The translations under genes were made by a program, and so were the position numbers. Under the pieces are notes generated by a model, which was not told where the DNA came from, did not search any database, and was given only the letters and a program-made list of their open reading frames with translations. 64,000 bases of DNA, from assembly GCA_028826165.1 (NCBI GenBank), contig JAPDFW010000057.1, forward strand, positions 434,001 through 498,000, given 5' to 3'. The DNA comes from Anaeramoeba ignava BMAN. Lineage: Eukaryota; Protista; Anaeramoebae. Positions 59,801 to 64,000 of the stretch are shown piece by piece. How positions within the stretch are numbered: position 1 is the first letter of the stretch; the number at the start of each line of letters is the position of its first letter.

Positions 59801-62074
59801 AAAAATAAAAATTATATTTAAAATGAAAATAAAAATTAAAATTAAAATTAAAATTAAAATTATATTAAAATTAAAATATGATATAAACCTTTCTTCGAAA
59901 AGTGCCAAAAATGCAATCACAAACATAGCATTCATTACATTGTTCATCTGGAATCCATTCAGGTGGTTCCATTTCTTTTTTTATTTCTTGTTCAATATGT
60001 AATGTTTTAGTATTTCTTTCATACTCTTCAATAGTATTTTTGAAATGTTTAATCCAATTTTCTCTTTTCTTCTTTAGATTCAGCAAAAATTGTATATTTT
60101 TTATCCATATTTTGTATAAAAAATTGCAATTCTAAAATTATAAAAATAAAGCAAATAAAGAATAAGGAAAATTTTTTCATATTTTCTTTGTTATTAATTA
60201 AATACGTTGTGGATCTCCTTCTTCAATTGAACAAAAATTAATTTTCATTATTCGATAAAGCTAAAAAGATTGATAATATAAATTTAAAAATAAATTTAAA
60301 AATAAATTTAAAAATAAATTTAAAAATAAATTTAAAAATAAATTTAAATATAAATTTAATAATGAATTTAAAAATAAATTTAATAATAAATTTAAAAATA
60401 AATTTAAAAATAAATTTAAAAATAAATTTAAAAATAAATTTAAATATAAATTTAAAAATAAATTTAAAAATAAATTTAAAAATAAATTTAATAATGAATT
60501 TAAAAATGAATTTAATAATGAATTTAATAATAAATTTAATAATGAATTTAATAATAAATTTAAAAATAAATTTACGGTATAACTCCCACTTGATTCTGTT
60601 CCATAAATGATAATATCATTAAAAAGAAAGAAGTGAAGTTTAATTTTTTTTGTTCCATATAATTTGTGAAGAGGAGAATCATAAATATATTTCCTATGTG
60701 GAGCAACAAGATCTTTCTAAAAAATATCAAAAACAAAAAAAAAACAGAATAAGAATAAGAATAAAAATAAATTTGTTTAAAAAAATGTAAATAATCAAAA
60801 TCAAACAAGAGCTTTATTTGAGAATTTTTTTTGGATTGCTAAAATTTTGGCATCATTTTCTCGTTTGTGAATTGATTCATTAACAAAATTATTAACTTTT
60901 GTAATCTCTTCTTGAGCTTTAACTAGGTCTGTATAATCACAATGGGATTGATCTGTATTACTAACTAATTCCTAAATATTATAGATTTTAAAAATTTTTT
61001 AAATAATTGAAAAAAAAAATAATTGTTTTTTAAAAATAATAAATCAATTCACTTTCAAAAGAAGTTGATAACGAGGAAGCCTTTGAACAGGCATGATTAA
61101 AAAACTTGGTAAATCAAGTAAATTATGTTCCATTTTTTTTTCCTTTAAAATTATAATTCATTTATAAAATTATAATTAAAATTAAAATTAAAATTAAAAT
61201 TAAAATTAAAATTAAAATTAAAATTAAAATTAAAATTAAAATTAAAATTAAAATTAAAATTATATTTAAAATTAAAATTATATTTAAAATTAAAATTAAA
61301 ATTATATTTAAAATTACTTGTGCCCATGATGAAAATTTAGGAGTTTTAGCAAATTTCTCTAATGTTTTTGTTGTATTATCATAATTTTCAATGTAATTTC
61401 GATAAATTTTTAAAAATGGAATCTAATCAAAAAAATAAAATAAATTTAATTTAATTTATTTCATTCATTTTCTAAAATTGATTACAAATTGTAAAAAAGC
61501 TTTTCCAATTTTTGCTTCATCATTCCAAGGATTCATACAAATAGCAAGTTCAGAATATAATTGAAAATTTACCTGTAAAAAAAATATTATTTATTATTAT
61601 TATTTATTTTTTTAGAATTTTAAATTGTTTTTTTTTTCTTTTTTTACTTCAAGAATAGATTTAATTGAATCAAAAATTGCTTTAATATCTTTTTCAGAAA
61701 TAAATGAACGATCATTTTTAGCGAAATTAATTAATTCATTTGAAAATTCCTAAATTAAAAAAAAAAAAAAAAGATTTAAAGAAGTTTTTTATTTATTTTT
61801 CCAAATTATTTTTCCAATTTATTTTTATTTTTACATTTGCAAGAATTGTTAATTTTTTTATATAAACATCTTCTGTTGTAAATATTTCATTTGCAACTTG
61901 ATGTCTCATTGAAGTAAATCCATTTATAGATTTTGGATTTTCTTGATTTATTTCATCTTTATTTATTTATATAATTTTTTTTTTAATAATTAATTAAATA
62001 AATAATTAAATTGAAAATAATAATAATTTTAAAATATTTATACTTAAATTTTGTTCTTTCTCTTGTTCAATCAT
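56842..62074 (-). CDS. FGD/Frabin-like RhoGEF (DH-PH-FYVE) with a long repetitive C-terminal tail. Introns 62043-61957, 61834-61750, 61647-61573, 61485-61423, 61317-61143, 61052-60972, 60806-60717, 60575-60261, 60205-60132, 59888-59788; apparent +1 indel at ~60065
   Basis: Spliced DH motifs 'RHQVANEIFTTEDVYIKKL' and 'LPSFLIMPVQRLPRYQLLLKEL'; PH 'FFLFNDIIIY...ENWIKHF'; FYVE 'WIPD..CNECYVC...FRRKHHCRNCGNIVCGSCS...RVCDIC'. Confidence 0.92.
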
Positions 62075-62304
62075 TTAAAAAAAGAATAAAAAAGAATAAA
62101 AAAGATGAAAAAAAAAATGAAAAATTAAAAGGAGAAAAAAAAATAAATTAAAAAATCTTTTTCTTTTTCTTTTTCTCCTTTTAAAAAAAAAATCAAACAA
62201 ATCAAAAATAAATTTTTTTTTTCATTTTTTTCATTTTTCTCTTTCATTTTATTATTATTTTTATTATTATTTTCATTATTATTATTATTATTTTTATTAT
62301 TATT

Positions 62305-64000
62305 ATGCAAAAAGTTAAAAATGAAGAAATAAATGAAGTTGAAAAACAAATTCAAAAAATTAGAGTTGAAATTGAAGAAATTTATCAAAAAGAAAAACAA
62401 TTTTCAAATAATATTTCAATTTTTTCATCATTACAAACACAACTTTCAATTCTTCAACTTAGATTATTATCATTTGAAGAAGATTTAAGACAATTAATTA
62501 AAAAAAATGAAAGTAAACATTTTCAAAATTGAATTTAATTTTGAATTTAATTTGAATTGATTTTAAATTGATTTGAATTGATTTGAATTTGAATTTAATT
62601 TGAATTTAATTTTAATTTTAATTTTAATTTTAATTTTAATTTTAATTTTAATTTTAATTTTAATTTTAATTTTAATTTTAATTTTAATTTTAAATTTAAT
62701 TTGAATTTAAATTTTAAATTTAAATTGATTTGAATTTTAAATTAATTTTAAATTGAATTTAATTTGATTTAAATTGAATTTAATTTTGAATTGAATTTGA
62801 ATTTAATTTGAATTGATTTTATGATAAAAAATTAGATCACGATTCATCTCATAAAAAATCAAGCTCAAGAAAACATAAACAAAATTCTAGATCAAATCAA
62901 AATCATAAAACAGATCATCATATTAATAGTAATGAAAAAAAAAGAACTAGAATTTCTTCTAGAAATTTACTTCCTGCTCTTCAAAGTAAATAAAATTTTT
63001 TTGTTATTATATTATATTATCTTTTATTTTATTGATAAAAAAAAAATAAAGATGTTTCTAATAATAGTAATCAACAAGAAAATGAAAATGAAAATGAAAT
63101 TGAAAATGAAAATGAAGTTGAAAATGAAGAAATGGAATATCAAGTAAATGAACTAAAATTTATTGGAAGAGATGATCAAATTATTAGATTAGCTCATGCA
63201 TTTTTTAAAAATATTGAAGCTCAAGAAAATTCTGCACATAAATTTATTCTTTGTTATTCTTGTCAAAATTATGGGATGGGAAAAACATTTTTTGCAAATC
63301 ATTTTCTTGAAAGACTTCGTGAAATAATCAAGGAATCTCAAGGAAAAAACTTACTTAGATTTACAAACATCGGCAAATTAATAAATGCTAGATATGTTTA
63401 TATTGATCTTCAAACAGCAATTACGGAAGGAAAAGTTAAATTTGATACATTTTTTATGAAGCAAATGCTTCAACAAATACCCGAATTGGAACAAGATTTT
63501 AAACCAGAGTTATTGCATTTTGAAACAGTTTTAGAAAATATGCAACAAGGAATATTTTTGCATATCGATAATTTAGATTCAATTATAAAAGTGAATAAAC
63601 ATGAAGAATTGAAGTAAAACAAAAACAAAAATCAAATCAAATCAAATCAAATCAAATCAAATCAAATCAAAATTATAAACTTAATATTAAATCCAAAGTA
63701 ACCAATTAGATCAATCATCTCGAATTTTTGATATTTTCTGGAGACAGCATTTAAAAAGACTTTTGAAAATCAAAAATTTATTCTTGCTTTGCTCATCTCA
63801 TTTGCCTGCATTCCAATTCTTAATAAACTTCCCTCCAAATAAAAGTGTCCCACCTTCTCGAACTTGCTCTTTGCAATTAAACCCTTTGAATAAAGAAGAT
63901 ATCAAACAAATTTTAGATTTGACTAAAATAAACAACCGCTACACATTATCATCGATAATGTTTGAACAAGAGGAACAAAAAAATAATTTTATTGAATATT
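62305..64000 (+). CDS. STAND-like P-loop NTPase with an N-terminal coiled coil (partial, runs off the right edge). Introns 62513-62835, 62986-63051, 63614-63698
   Basis: 'FIGRDDQIIRL', Walker A 'QNYGMGKT', Walker B-like 'IFLHIDN', later 'LNPLNKEDIKQIL'. All three splices keep an open frame to the end of the window. Confidence 0.75.

Overview
Very AT-rich, gene-dense eukaryotic genomic DNA using the standard code, from an intron-rich protist. The low-complexity NQ/NE/NS tracts and the ankyrin-BTB and FG-GAP/FN3 proteins resemble an Anaeramoeba-like metamonad; this is inference only. I reconstructed 16 protein-coding genes by hand, with 31 GT-AG introns: a dynamin-related GTPase (partial), an FG-GAP/FN3 type-I membrane protein, Exo84, AMPK/SNF1 alpha, a tail-anchored coiled-coil protein, a BAH-like protein, a CHD remodeller, Hsp20, an SH3-SH3-UBA-RING E3 ligase, an ankyrin-BTB protein, a USP deubiquitinase, an ICE2-like membrane protein, an SLC12 cotransporter, a BEACH/WD40 protein, RRP9 and a DH-PH-FYVE RhoGEF. 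A partial STAND-like NTPase at the right edge is the seventeenth. No RNA genes, transposases, inteins or CRISPR arrays were recognised. The most unusual signals are: (i) a bimodal 5' splice-site code (GTA without +5G versus GTTTG, never GTAAGT); (ii) long introns built from private microsatellites whose repeat bodies contain no sense-strand AG; (iii) a nucleosome-sized (~144 bp) satellite with internal dyad symmetry between divergent genes; (iv) a shared tandem TCATTT initiator-like motif upstream of most genes. Several single-base frameshifts are probably assembly errors.
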